Positions 1 through 9,867 of a stretch of DNA of 32,000 nucleotides are shown in pieces. A model generated the notes under the pieces. That model ran no database searches. It saw only the letters and a list, made by a program, of their open reading frames with translations, and was not told where the DNA came from. Source of the stretch: Candidatus Heimdallarchaeota archaeon (GTDB taxonomy: Archaea; Asgardarchaeota; Heimdallarchaeia; Heimdallarchaeales; Kariarchaeaceae); assembly GCA_030149205.1 (NCBI GenBank), contig JASBSB010000008.1:91318-123317 (forward strand), written 5' to 3'. Both the position numbers and the translations under genes were made by a program. Every line of letters begins with the position of its first letter. Position 1 is the stretch's first letter.

Positions 1-1
1 T

Positions 2-607
2 ACCATCAGTAGCAAGTTCCCACTTGAAGAACTCTCTGAAAGCAACATTGGAGACCTTTACAAATCAGCACAACAAAAATACATCAAAGGTACACTAACT
101 GGAATGGAGGTAGATGACCAAACCGGGGTCCCTTCACAACTTGCAGAGCGAGCGAAATTATTGAGAGAAATGGGATACGAGGATGAGTTAACAAAAGCTG
201 AATTTGAGAAAAAGCGAAAACAGGAAACAATGAGTATAAAACAAAAGGCTGGAGAAAGCAAAACAGAAGCAAAAACTCCCTCTGTAGTAAAAACTAAAAC
301 TACATCTACCGTTTCAAAAGCCCCATTGATTGAGGAAGCTTATCCAGAAACTGATCTTAAGAAGGGATTATTTTTTGAAGCGAAAAACATCAAAGAATAT
401 GTGGAGAATAACTTTACTGTAATTTCTGCAAAGGGAGTATTACATGACAATGAAAGAGAAACTGAGGAGCTGTTAGTGTTTAAACAACAAAAATTGGCAC
501 CTAAGCAATGGAACGATACTGTTGTATATCTACAAAATGGTGACTTGTTACAAGTCACCCTAGAAAAAGACCAAGATGTGTTGTATGTAACTAGTGTAGA
601 GAAATAA
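2..607 (+). CDS. Hypothetical protein, 5'-truncated by the window edge
   Basis: The frame of ORF 104..607 stays open back to position 2 (TISSKFPLEELSESNIGDLYKSAQQKYIKGTLTG-MEVDD...), so the gene starts outside the window. It has a charged helical segment, a K/T/S-rich linker and a small C-terminal domain. No recognisable motif. Confidence 0.7.
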   Translation, partial: TISSKFPLEELSESNIGDLYKSAQQKYIKGTLTGMEVDDQTGVPSQLAERAKLLREMGYEDELTKAEFEKKRKQETMSIKQKAGESKTEAKTPSVVKTKTTSTVSKAPLIEEAYPETDLKKGLFFEAKNIKEYVENNFTVISAKGVLHDNERETEELLVFKQQKLAPKQWNDTVVYLQNGDLLQVTLEKDQDVLYVTSVEK

Positions 608-609
608 TA

Positions 610-1464
610 ATGGACCCCATACAATCGGTAATCAACAGTATAAGTATTTTAGATGATGAATTAATAACTGGGAAAGGAGATTACAACATACAGAAATGGA
701 ATCTTAAGAGTAGAAAATTTTTGTTTTCACATGAAATAGGCTGGGAAGTGAGAAAAACAGAAATTTTTCAGGATACTTTATTTGTGGGAAGCTTAGATGG
801 GAAAATTCGAATGTTTGATGTAGACACATTTGAATTTAAGAATGAGCTGATTCATGAAAAAGGTATAACTGCCCTTTTTGTTGATGATCTATTTCTTGTT
901 AGTGGATCATACAATGGTTCAGTCCAGATTAGAGACTCTCAGTCCCTTGAAATAATCTCGGAATTGTCTGCGACTAACGATTGGATAAATACTGTTACTT
1001 CTGATGAGATTCATCTGTATTTGGGAGATGGATTTAGACGTAATTCTCAAATTGACATTTATCACAAAAAGGAAATTGAGAAGGTAAGAGAGTTGAAAGT
1101 ACCAGAAAGCAAAAAAATTTCTGCGATTGAGCTTACTGATAACCTATTGTTTGTTGGTCATTGTTATCCACACCAACTTGTCATCTGGGATGTGCTATCA
1201 TTTGAAATTATAAACATAATCAATGTATTTGACAAGGAGATAGTTTCAATCTTCTCAAATCGAAGATACGTTTATGTAGTATCCAAAAATCAAATTTTAC
1301 AAATTGAAAAATCATCACTTGCAGTTGTAAATATTGTTTATATTAAAGAAGGATCACTCATTACTGCTACTGGGAATAAGGATGAGATATTCGTTGCTCA
1401 GAGGGATAAAGTACTTTGTTATGATTCAAAAAAATTAGAATTGAAGTATAGGATTTTTACTTAA
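610..1464 (+). CDS. WD40/beta-propeller repeat protein
   Basis: Repeated ~40-aa units with WD40-like ends (LITGKGDYNIQKWN, LFVGSLDGKIRMFD, LVSGSYNGSVQIRD, LFVGHCYPHQLVIWD). Starts 2 nt after the upstream stop. Confidence 0.8.
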   Translation: MDPIQSVINSISILDDELITGKGDYNIQKWNLKSRKFLFSHEIGWEVRKTEIFQDTLFVGSLDGKIRMFDVDTFEFKNELIHEKGITALFVDDLFLVSGSYNGSVQIRDSQSLEIISELSATNDWINTVTSDEIHLYLGDGFRRNSQIDIYHKKEIEKVRELKVPESKKISAIELTDNLLFVGHCYPHQLVIWDVLSFEIINIINVFDKEIVSIFSNRRYVYVVSKNQILQIEKSSLAVVNIVYIKEGSLITATGNKDEIFVAQRDKVLCYDSKKLELKYRIFT

Positions 1465-1470
1465 CAATGG

Positions 1471-1478
1471 ATTTATAG
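1471..1478 (+). promoter_or_regulatory. Putative archaeal TATA box for the CoA-transferase gene
   Basis: ATTTATAG at -30..-23 relative to ATG 1501, the spacing expected for a leaderless or short-leader archaeal transcript. Confidence 0.45.
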
Positions 1479-1500
1479 TAACAATTACAATCGATCTGAT

Positions 1501-2601
1501 ATGAGATATGATATCCTGAAGGGAATTAGGGTGCTAGATCTATCCAGAATATTCACTGGCCCATTTGCAAGTCAGTTGTTGGGAGACCTAGGTGCAAACA
1601 TAACAAAGGTAGAACCTCCTTTTGGTGATGATACGAGGTTTTGGGGGCCTCCGTTTATGGACGAAAACCTTTCTGGATATTTTTATTCATTGAACAGGAA
1701 TAAATCGGGTATAACCCTTAACCTCAAAGACTCAGGTGATTTAGATAGATTATATGAGCTTGTAAAAAAAGCCGATATTGTAATTGAGAACTTTAAGCAT
1801 GGTGTCCCACAACAACTTAAAATTAGTTATGAAATACTATCAAAGATAAACCCTACATTAATCTATCTATCAATAAATGGCTTCCACAGTTCTGGAAAAT
1901 TTAAGGAGAGACCTTCCTATGATATAATTGCCCAGGCTGAGGCAGGTATCATGAGCTTAACTGGGACTGAAACAGGTGAGATCGTGAAGGTTGGTGTACC
2001 TATTGCTGACATTTCAGCAGGAATGTATGGAGTGATTGGAATACTTACTGCTTTACATCATAGGGATATGACCGGAAAGGGAACTTATTTAGAAACTGAC
2101 TTATTTTCGTCTCTCACTTCATGGCTTACTTATCAGGCTGTAAATAACCAACTATTGGAACCCAGACATACATTAATGGGTACTAGTCACCCAAATATTG
2201 TCCCTTATCGAGCATACAATTGTAAGGATGACAGAAAAATAGTATTAGCCGTAGGGAACGATAAGACTTGGGTCAATTTTCTAAAGGTGCTAAATAACCC
2301 CAAGACTCTTCAAAAATACTCAACAAATGAGTCAAGAGTTCAATTTAGATTGATTGTTGATTCTGAAATTCAGAAAATATTATTAACAAATGACTTGGAT
2401 CATTGGGAGCTTAAATTTACAACAGCTGGAATTCCTTATGGGAAAGTTTCTAATCTCGATGATGTAATGAATCATGAAGATGTTAAATCCAACAATTTAT
2501 TAATTGAATTTGAAGATGCTCAAGTTTTTAGAACTCCTATTAATTTTCGTGGGCAGACTCTATTGAGGTCTGAAGAACCCCCTAAATTTAATGATGGTTA
2601 A
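1501..2601 (+). CDS. Family III CoA-transferase (CaiB/BaiF)
   Basis: N-terminal LKGIRVLDLSRIFTGPFASQLLGDLGANITKVEPP, plus GDDTR, NRNKSGITLNLK, ADIVIENF and the catalytic Asp region PIADISAGMYG. Confidence 0.95.
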   Translation: MRYDILKGIRVLDLSRIFTGPFASQLLGDLGANITKVEPPFGDDTRFWGPPFMDENLSGYFYSLNRNKSGITLNLKDSGDLDRLYELVKKADIVIENFKHGVPQQLKISYEILSKINPTLIYLSINGFHSSGKFKERPSYDIIAQAEAGIMSLTGTETGEIVKVGVPIADISAGMYGVIGILTALHHRDMTGKGTYLETDLFSSLTSWLTYQAVNNQLLEPRHTLMGTSHPNIVPYRAYNCKDDRKIVLAVGNDKTWVNFLKVLNNPKTLQKYSTNESRVQFRLIVDSEIQKILLTNDLDHWELKFTTAGIPYGKVSNLDDVMNHEDVKSNNLLIEFEDAQVFRTPINFRGQTLLRSEEPPKFNDG

Positions 2602-2660
2602 TATTTCTTATGTATCTTCAATGAATTAAATTTCCTAAGATTCTTCACAAATTAAATATT

Positions 2661-3656
2661 TTAGACCCTATTTTCAAGGATAAATGAGTTTACTGCTACA
2701 TATATTGATCCAAGATCATTTTTTAATGTCTCCAATGTTTTTTGTGGTTTTAATGTTAGATCTTCTACCAATAAAGCGACAGAATTAACCACACTTGGAA
2801 CTACGATTAGGTTATTTGGTTTGGTCTCTCTATTAGAAGCTGTTTCAATTATTTTTTCAAGCCAAGTCTTAACAAACATGTTCAAGTCAGGTTTTTCTTC
2901 AGGGTTATAATTTAAAACAACTGGCAGAAAATCAATAAATAAGACGTCTTGAAGCTCATCAAACAGAAGCGGTTTTGGGTTCCTTTGCTTGTACTTCTTC
3001 TGCTTAGTCACCCGAAAAGTTCCTCTCGTTAATGATGAAAAGGTTCCCATAAGATTTGTTGCAGAATAATGTCTTGGTGTGAAAATATGTACCATACGCT
3101 CCTCAAACCCATGATTAAATTTTTTAAGGTTAGTAATTGCCCGCTTAAATCTTTCTTGTTCTCCAATCTGTAAAACAATCGAAGGTGACCAAAGATGCCA
3201 GACTTCAATTGGGGGTAAAAAATCGAAATCTTTCACCTTAGTTTCAGGTACACAAATCAAAGGAAGATTAAGATTTGTATCAACCACAATGACTTCAGGT
3301 CTAAAAGCATTATATTCCATTTGTGAAATCTTGTATATTTTTTGCCAAAACGACTCAATACTTGGGAGTCCCAAAGAAAGTACATTTCTCCACCGATTTA
3401 ACCAAAAATTTTGATTGATTTGCCAGAACATCTCCCCATCCTTTTCTACCGCTTCTAACCAACCGTTTGATTTACGATTTGATACCTCTGAGCTAGCAAT
3501 AATTGTAAAAGTATCAGCATTATTAAAATTAAAATCGCAAAGGAGAGTATTTTTACCCGCCTCAGCATAACTAACTGCTACGGAAATACTCATTGGTGTT
3601 TTTCCTCCCCCACCCTTTGAACCAGTGATTATGATAACCTTTGGTTCTGAAACCAT
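2661..3656 (-). CDS. Atypical ParA/MinD-family P-loop ATPase
   Basis: Deviant Walker A GSKGGGGKT after a hydrophobic strand (KVIIIT), LLCDFN at the D-x-D position and Walker B-like VIVVDT. The C-terminal half is divergent. ATG at 3656 is preferred over TTG at 3659. Confidence 0.75.
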   Translation of the reverse strand: MVSEPKVIIITGSKGGGGKTPMSISVAVSYAEAGKNTLLCDFNFNNADTFTIIASSEVSNRKSNGWLEAVEKDGEMFWQINQNFWLNRWRNVLSLGLPSIESFWQKIYKISQMEYNAFRPEVIVVDTNLNLPLICVPETKVKDFDFLPPIEVWHLWSPSIVLQIGEQERFKRAITNLKKFNHGFEERMVHIFTPRHYSATNLMGTFSSLTRGTFRVTKQKKYKQRNPKPLLFDELQDVLFIDFLPVVLNYNPEEKPDLNMFVKTWLEKIIETASNRETKPNNLIVVPSVVNSVALLVEDLTLKPQKTLETLKNDLGSIYVAVNSFILENRV

Positions 3657-3680
3657 CAAACAGGTTATAATTCATGAGCT

Positions 3681-3694
3681 AATATAAGTTTCGT
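3681..3694 (-). promoter_or_regulatory. Putative BRE-TATA promoter of the ParA-like gene
   Basis: The minus strand reads ACGAAA-CTTATATT, a purine-rich BRE directly followed by a TATA box at -32..-25 from ATG 3656. Confidence 0.55.
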
Positions 3695-3814
3695 ATTTTC
3701 ATTTTGAATTCATCCAATCTATGGACTTATATTGAGACAGTATTGAAATTATTCCATTTAATATTGAACTTTATAGTCACTAAATATCCTTAATTACATA
3801 GGAAAGCCATATTG

Positions 3815-5200
3815 TTAGACCTGTATAGGTATGATATGATTTTCAGATCTAAGTATTTGATCTGTTATTTGGAAAGATTCTGATAAAAGTCCATCACAGG
3901 CAATTGAATTCCAACCTATCCCAGATAAGTAGAGACCAGGATTTTCTTTTTCCATTTTTTCCTTCCATTCTATTATCGATGAATGATCCAAGGTAAATTG
4001 TGGTATTCCCTGGGGATGTTGTCGGTGAACCTCAACAAATTCTGGACTTCCTTTTGCACCCAATAAACCTGATAATTCTTTTGTCACCTCTTCGATAAGT
4101 ATTGAATCATCTAAAGTAGAACGTTCAGGATACCTTGCTCCTCCTACAAAACATCTCAATAGAATTTTATTATCTGGGGCTCTATGATTAAACAACTTAG
4201 AACTAAATAACACACCCAGTACAAAAGTTTTTTCACCTGATGGAGAGAGAAAGCCATATCCGATTGGAGGATTTTCAAAGGCTGTAACATCATAACCCAA
4301 CGAAACTACGGTCACATAAGAAACATTCGGAGGTTTTGGTAGGACTTTACCCATGATTGATATCTTTGTTGCTGCAACAGATCCTGTGGACACAATTATA
4401 TTTTCAGAATAATATGTATCACCTGATACAGTTTGAACTTCATATAACTCATCCTTCTTCTCAATCTTTTCAACGGTTGAATCGTAGCTGACATTTACCT
4501 GACGAGCTAAAGATTTGATCAAACCCTCCATACCTGTATCTGAAACATATAAGAAGGGCTTATCTGCTTTTTTATTTGATTCTATTTTTCCTTGGGAGGA
4601 ATTCTTTTTTTTCTTTGCCGAAGACATCATCCCTTTAACAACTGAACCAGATGATGTTTCAGCTGATTTAAGGAAAGGAAAAGAGTACTTAACACTTGAT
4701 TTAGTATGATCACCTCCATAAATCCCAGACACAAAAGCATCAACAATGGGAGTCACAGATTTACCAAACCTTCGAGAAATAAATTGTTCGACAGTTTCAT
4801 CATCTGGGTTTGCTTTGACAAAGGGTTCTTTTAACAGTCTCAACTTACCTTTCAGTGAGATTATAGGAGTTGATAATGCAGAGAATAATCCAGTGGGTAA
4901 AGAGACAAGCTTGTGGTTTTTAATCAAATACCTAAGCTTTGCTTCGTTCGATGCAGCAACTGGATCTAAGCCCGCAAGTTCAAATATCTTTTTTGTATTT
5001 TCGGATTTCCCTCGTAGACCCTCTGGCCCCCATTCAGATATATACCCATTCTTAGATGTGGTATGTATCAATCCTCCAGGCCTGTTTGCCTTTTCCAAAA
5101 CCAGCAGTTTATCTTTCTCTATACCTTCATGTTGAAGGGATACCGCCGCACTTAATCCTGAAATCCCCGCCCCAATAATTACCGTGTGATATACATTCAT
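3815..5200 (-). CDS. hemY: FAD-dependent protoporphyrinogen oxidase (HemY/PgoX type)
   Basis: Dinucleotide motif VIIGAGISGLSAA, plus EWGPEG, FISRRFG, FVSGIYGGD, GYGFLSP and GIPQFTLDH. Last gene of the heme operon, with AGGAGG 8 nt upstream. Confidence 0.9.
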   Translation of the reverse strand: MNVYHTVIIGAGISGLSAAVSLQHEGIEKDKLLVLEKANRPGGLIHTTSKNGYISEWGPEGLRGKSENTKKIFELAGLDPVAASNEAKLRYLIKNHKLVSLPTGLFSALSTPIISLKGKLRLLKEPFVKANPDDETVEQFISRRFGKSVTPIVDAFVSGIYGGDHTKSSVKYSFPFLKSAETSSGSVVKGMMSSAKKKKNSSQGKIESNKKADKPFLYVSDTGMEGLIKSLARQVNVSYDSTVEKIEKKDELYEVQTVSGDTYYSENIIVSTGSVAATKISIMGKVLPKPPNVSYVTVVSLGYDVTAFENPPIGYGFLSPSGEKTFVLGVLFSSKLFNHRAPDNKILLRCFVGGARYPERSTLDDSILIEEVTKELSGLLGAKGSPEFVEVHRQHPQGIPQFTLDHSSIIEWKEKMEKENPGLYLSGIGWNSIACDGLLSESFQITDQILRSENHIIPIQV

Positions 5201-5212
5201 AGTTTGTTCCTC

Positions 5213-6595
5213 CTAAATTGATTGTGAGAAAAGATGTTTCCCTGGGTCATAATACTGGTCAAATACCGATGCTATGATTCTTGAAAAGATCTTCCCCTTA
5301 GATGTTGACTCCCATCCAGCTTCTGTTACTTGTAACAGACCCAAATTTACAAATTCATCAAGTATCTTTACCTTGGAATTAATTTCATTGACTGCCTTTA
5401 AGCCATACCGTGATTCAACAACTTGGGGATTTATTTCTCCTTGACAGAGAAAATCCATTATTAATTTCTTGTGTAGAATATCATCTGAACTCATTGAATG
5501 ACCTTTTACCGTTGCAGTACCATATTTTTCAATTAGCCGCTCATATTCAGCCATATCCTTTGAATTTTGAGCGTATGCAAGTTCAAGTTCACTAATTCCA
5601 GAATAACCTAATGCAATTAAGTCTGTCCCTGCTTTTGTTGTATACCCCATAAAATTTCTTCTTAAGGTCTTTTTTTCATAACTTTGCCAAAGTCCATCAT
5701 GCTTTGTTGAAAAATGATCAAAGCCGATTTGTTCATAATCTTGATTAATAAAAAATTTACGTGCTGAAAGAAATCGATTCAATTTTTCTGATCCTTTCGC
5801 AATCACATTTAATGGAATAGCTTTATGATGCCGAAATAATGTGGGAAAATGTGCATAGCTGTACAATGCTATTCGATCAGGATGAATGGTGTTTACAAGT
5901 CGAAGGGTTTTTGCAAAGTTTTCATCTGTCTGGTAGGGTAATCCATAAATTAGATCCATATTTACACTCTCAAATCCCTTTTCTCTTGAATATTCAATTA
6001 ATGAGTTAGTCTCTTCGAAGGTTTGGAATCGGTTAAGTTTTTCTTGAACCTCAGGGTCAAAATCTTGAACTCCCACAGATATACGGTTAAAGTTAAATTC
6101 TGACAACACATCGATATGCTCATCTGATGTGACTGATGGATGTATCTCAATAGATAGTTCTGCGTCCTTGAGGACTTTGAAATTTGTCCAGATTGTTGTA
6201 AATAAGTCTTTGAGTTGATCAGGTGTTAGATGGGTTGGGGTTCCTCCACCTAGGTGTAGCTGTATGACCTCGTTTCTTGGCAAATACAGCTCAGAGGTTT
6301 TACGAATCTCTTCTTTTAGAACTGATAAATACCTTTCAACTCTATCCTCTCTATGTGTTACAAGTACGTTACATGCACAGAATAAACATCTTCTAATGCA
6401 AAACGGGATGTGTAAATAGAGGCTTAATGATTCTTCCTTGTGCTTGCTCTTTTCAATATCATCGAGATAGTTTTGCACGTTGTAATTCGATTTCCAATTA
6501 GGCACCGTCGGATAACTGGTATATCTCGGAACACGTAAGTCAAACTTCTCAATTTCTCCGACTTTTATATCTTCAATAGATTCTTGTTCAATCAT
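5213..6595 (-). CDS. hemN: Oxygen-independent coproporphyrinogen III dehydrogenase (radical SAM)
   Basis: RYTSYPT, CxxxCxxC (HIPFCIRRCLFCACN), LHLGGGTPT and RRNFMGYTT, which mark true HemN rather than the HemW chaperone. Confidence 0.93.
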   Translation of the reverse strand: MIEQESIEDIKVGEIEKFDLRVPRYTSYPTVPNWKSNYNVQNYLDDIEKSKHKEESLSLYLHIPFCIRRCLFCACNVLVTHREDRVERYLSVLKEEIRKTSELYLPRNEVIQLHLGGGTPTHLTPDQLKDLFTTIWTNFKVLKDAELSIEIHPSVTSDEHIDVLSEFNFNRISVGVQDFDPEVQEKLNRFQTFEETNSLIEYSREKGFESVNMDLIYGLPYQTDENFAKTLRLVNTIHPDRIALYSYAHFPTLFRHHKAIPLNVIAKGSEKLNRFLSARKFFINQDYEQIGFDHFSTKHDGLWQSYEKKTLRRNFMGYTTKAGTDLIALGYSGISELELAYAQNSKDMAEYERLIEKYGTATVKGHSMSSDDILHKKLIMDFLCQGEINPQVVESRYGLKAVNEINSKVKILDEFVNLGLLQVTEAGWESTSKGKIFSRIIASVFDQYYDPGKHLFSQSI

Positions 6596-7619
6596 AATTT
6601 TTCCACCTTTTTACTATCTCCACCATCTCACCCACGAGATTAACATCAGAATCTTTATGGATTCCTTGAGCTAAATTAAAAATATATTTGTTCCCAAACT
6701 TTGTCCCTTCCTCTAGAACATGTTGAGTCTCCTTCCTTACTGTATCCAGATTTGTTTGTAGAACACTTGGATCTAGATTCCCTTGTAGTATAACATCTTG
6801 TGAATAGTTTTTACGAACATTTGATAGTGAGAGAGTTGAATCTATACTGATGACATCAAATGAAAGCTTAACAAGTTCTGGAAGCAAATGCGAACTCCCT
6901 CTTGCATAGATTGAGTTTGGAACACCATTCAGACTTTGGATGATCTTCTTCAAGTGGGGAGAAACCCATTGCTGAAATTGCCAGGGAGATAAATAAAGTG
7001 CCCAAGATTCAAAAATTTGAACCATATCAACACCAGCAGACATTTGAGAATTTAGCTGAGATATGATTATATCACTTAATTTATCTAAGAGATTGTCAAA
7101 TGCATCTGGATAAAGGTATGCAAATTTTTTTGTTTTCAATGCGTCACGGGTAGATTTACCCTCAATTAAGTAACTTGCAAGGGTGAATGGCCCTCCTGCA
7201 AAACCTATCAACCATTTATCACTAATTTCTTCTCTAACTAGCTTCAAAGACTCTACAACGTAGGGGAAATCTTCATCAGGTTGCGGGATAAGTATGTCCG
7301 AAATCTCTATTGGATTTGTTAATGGTTTCTGCAGTTTAGGACCTTGGTTTGGAACAATCTTTAACCCCCTCTGCATGTAGTAAAGTGGTATTAAAATATC
7401 AGAGAAAATAATTGCTGCATCGAGGTTAAATCTTTGAATTGGTTGCAGAGTTATTTCTTTTGCAATATTTGCATTCATCACCATATCCTCAAAGGATTTG
7501 CCTTCACGAAGTTTTCGATACTCAGGGAGGTAACGACCGGCTTGTCGCATAAACCAGATAGGAGGTCTTTCTGGGGTGATTCCTTTAAATAACGATGAAA
7601 AAAGTTCTCTCGAGGTCAT
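6588..7619 (-). CDS. hemE: Uroporphyrinogen decarboxylase
   Basis: PPIWFMRQAGRYLPEY, IIFSDIL, FAGGPFTLASYLIEG and LQGNLDP. Overlaps hemL by 4 nt and hemN by 8 nt. Confidence 0.95.
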   Translation of the reverse strand: MTSRELFSSLFKGITPERPPIWFMRQAGRYLPEYRKLREGKSFEDMVMNANIAKEITLQPIQRFNLDAAIIFSDILIPLYYMQRGLKIVPNQGPKLQKPLTNPIEISDILIPQPDEDFPYVVESLKLVREEISDKWLIGFAGGPFTLASYLIEGKSTRDALKTKKFAYLYPDAFDNLLDKLSDIIISQLNSQMSAGVDMVQIFESWALYLSPWQFQQWVSPHLKKIIQSLNGVPNSIYARGSSHLLPELVKLSFDVISIDSTLSLSNVRKNYSQDVILQGNLDPSVLQTNLDTVRKETQHVLEEGTKFGNKYIFNLAQGIHKDSDVNLVGEMVEIVKRWKNYD

Positions 7620-8905
7620 AAGTTTGTCACCACCTCAGAAATTTTATCAAGAGTCCAATTAAGAATTTTAGAACTATGAGCTGTAGACAGAAATGATACC
7701 TCGAATGGACTCGGTGGCAAATAAACTCCTTGTTTCAACAACTTTTTGTGAAAGACTTTATATTTGTCTTGTGCGTCGATTCCAAGCTGCTCTGGCTTAA
7801 AAATTGTCCTATTTTCTTGAAATACAATCCAAAGAATGCTTGCAAGAGATACAACACCAGCTTGAATCGAATTATCCGCAAAAATTGAATCTAATGCCTT
7901 TGCGTAATCTTCAGATTTTTTATCTAACTCTCTGTAAACATTTCCATTTTGATCTGACAAAATTTCTAGCGTGGTTAATCCAGCACTCATCGCCACCGGA
8001 TTACCACTCAATGTACCTGCTTGATACACTGGACCAAGCGGAGCAATGTAACTCATTAAGTCAGCTCTTCCTCCGTAGGCACCTACAGGAAATCCTCCAC
8101 CTATAATCTTTCCAAAGGTAACAATATCTGGATATAGGTTGTAATATCCTGTAGCTCCAGCCAGTCCAATCCTAAATCCAGTAATGACCTCATCAAGAAT
8201 AAACATAGATCCATATTCTTTACAATGAGATTGAATTTCATGCATAAATGTACTAGATTGAACTAACAATCCGTTATTTGCTGGAACGCCTTCAATAATC
8301 ACTGCTGCTATATCTTCCCCGAACTTTTCAAAGAGAGCTTTCAACTTGTCTGAATCACCTAATGGTAGAACAAGAGTTTCAGAAGAGACTGAGGAAGGAA
8401 CTCCTGCACTTGAACTCAATCCAATTGTAGCCAAACCGCTTCCGGCTTTTACAAGCATAGAATCTGCGTGCCCATGGTAAGTTCCCTCAAATTTTACAAT
8501 GTATCGTCTATTTGTGTACCCCCTTGCCAATCTGATGGCAGACATGACAGCCTCTGTTCCACTATTCACAAAACGGATCCAATCGGTAGAAGGATGAAGC
8601 TCAATAATTTTCTCTGCGAGTTCGACTTCAATACGAGAAGAGGTACCATAGGTTAACCCATTTTTAATCTGCTTCTCCACTGCCTTAATTACTCGCTGAT
8701 CTGAATGACCCAAAATTAGAGGACCGAAACTCATGCAATAATCAATGTATTGCTGACCTTCCACATCTACTAAAGTTGTTTCATAACTCTTTTCTATAAA
8801 CAAAGGATCACCATCTACAGAGTTTAAAGCTCTCACAGGTGAAGATACACCTCCAGGCATTACTTTGCGAGCCCGTTGTTTAATGTCATTTAATCTTTCA
8901 ACCAT
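7616..8905 (-). CDS. hemL: Glutamate-1-semialdehyde 2,1-aminomutase
   Basis: MPGGVSSPVRA, RFVNSGTEA, KFEGTYHGHAD, DEVITGFR, PLP lysine in FGKIIGGGFPVGAYGG, and QAGTLSGNP. Confidence 0.97.
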   Translation of the reverse strand: MVERLNDIKQRARKVMPGGVSSPVRALNSVDGDPLFIEKSYETTLVDVEGQQYIDYCMSFGPLILGHSDQRVIKAVEKQIKNGLTYGTSSRIEVELAEKIIELHPSTDWIRFVNSGTEAVMSAIRLARGYTNRRYIVKFEGTYHGHADSMLVKAGSGLATIGLSSSAGVPSSVSSETLVLPLGDSDKLKALFEKFGEDIAAVIIEGVPANNGLLVQSSTFMHEIQSHCKEYGSMFILDEVITGFRIGLAGATGYYNLYPDIVTFGKIIGGGFPVGAYGGRADLMSYIAPLGPVYQAGTLSGNPVAMSAGLTTLEILSDQNGNVYRELDKKSEDYAKALDSIFADNSIQAGVVSLASILWIVFQENRTIFKPEQLGIDAQDKYKVFHKKLLKQGVYLPPSPFEVSFLSTAHSSKILNWTLDKISEVVTNL

Positions 8906-9867
8906 TGATTTTTCACCAGATCCTCTGCATGATATGTAATAATCATATCTGCACCCGCCCTCCTCATAGCCGTTAAATTTTCAAGAACTATTGATTTTTC
9001 CTCAAATAGCCCTGCTTTTACTGCCACTTTGACCATAGAATATTCTCCACTGACATTATAGGTATAAAGCGGTAAGTTTGTCATTTGACGGGCTTGTTGG
9101 ATAATGTCAAGGAAAGCAAGGGCAGGTTTGACCATCACCGCGTCTGCTCCTTGCTCTCCATCAGCTAAGACCTCAGAAAGTGCTAACCTCCTGTTACGAA
9201 TATCAATTTGATAACTTTTTCTGTCTCCAAAACTTGGTGAACTTTCAGCTGCATCTCGAAAAGGTCCATAATATGAGCTAGAATATTTGGCAGAATAACT
9301 CAAGATTGAGCGGTCAGTATAACCATTTTCATCAAGAGCTTGACGAAGAGAGCGAACTCTAAGATCCAGCATGTTACTAGGTGCCAACCAATCTGCTCCG
9401 GCTTGAGCATAAACTAGACCAGCTTTTGCATACAAATCAAGAGATTTATCATTGTTTACTGAGCTATCCGAATCAAGGATACCACAGTGACCATGTGATG
9501 TGTATTCACAGAGGCAAACATCAGCATATAACTCAATGGAGCGACCGTAAGCCTCCTTTAGTAATCTTAGAGCAGAAGGGACCGGTCCTTTTTCATCGTA
9601 GGCTGATGAACCAACCTCATCTTTATTTTTGGGAATTCCAAATAAAATATAATGTCTTAATCCATCATTTTGAAGTTTATCAATATATTCAGATGCAAGT
9701 TCTGGACTCATTTTGTATATTCCGGGCATAGATTGGATTTCTTTTTTTACACCTTTACCTTCAGTTATGAAAAGCGGATAAACAAGGTGCTTATAACTTA
9801 AATCGGTTTCTGCTAATGACTCTCTGAGAGTTTGGCTTCTCTTATATCTTCTAAATCTGTAATTCAT
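8890..9867 (-). CDS. hemB: Porphobilinogen synthase (ALA dehydratase), Zn-binding type
   Basis: DVCLCEYTSHGHCG zinc site, the two catalytic lysines (YSAKYSSSYYGPFRDA and MVKPAL), and YNVSGEYSMVK. Confidence 0.97.
   Translation of the reverse strand: MNYRFRRYKRSQTLRESLAETDLSYKHLVYPLFITEGKGVKKEIQSMPGIYKMSPELASEYIDKLQNDGLRHYILFGIPKNKDEVGSSAYDEKGPVPSALRLLKEAYGRSIELYADVCLCEYTSHGHCGILDSDSSVNNDKSLDLYAKAGLVYAQAGADWLAPSNMLDLRVRSLRQALDENGYTDRSILSYSAKYSSSYYGPFRDAAESSPSFGDRKSYQIDIRNRRLALSEVLADGEQGADAVMVKPALAFLDIIQQARQMTNLPLYTYNVSGEYSMVKVAVKAGLFEEKSIVLENLTAMRRAGADMIITYHAEDLVKNQWLKD

Noticed and set aside
5213-6595. Alternative call as the HemW heme chaperone
   Set aside because: It has the HemN-specific RYTSYP and RNFxGY motifs and lacks the HemW HNxxYW motif.
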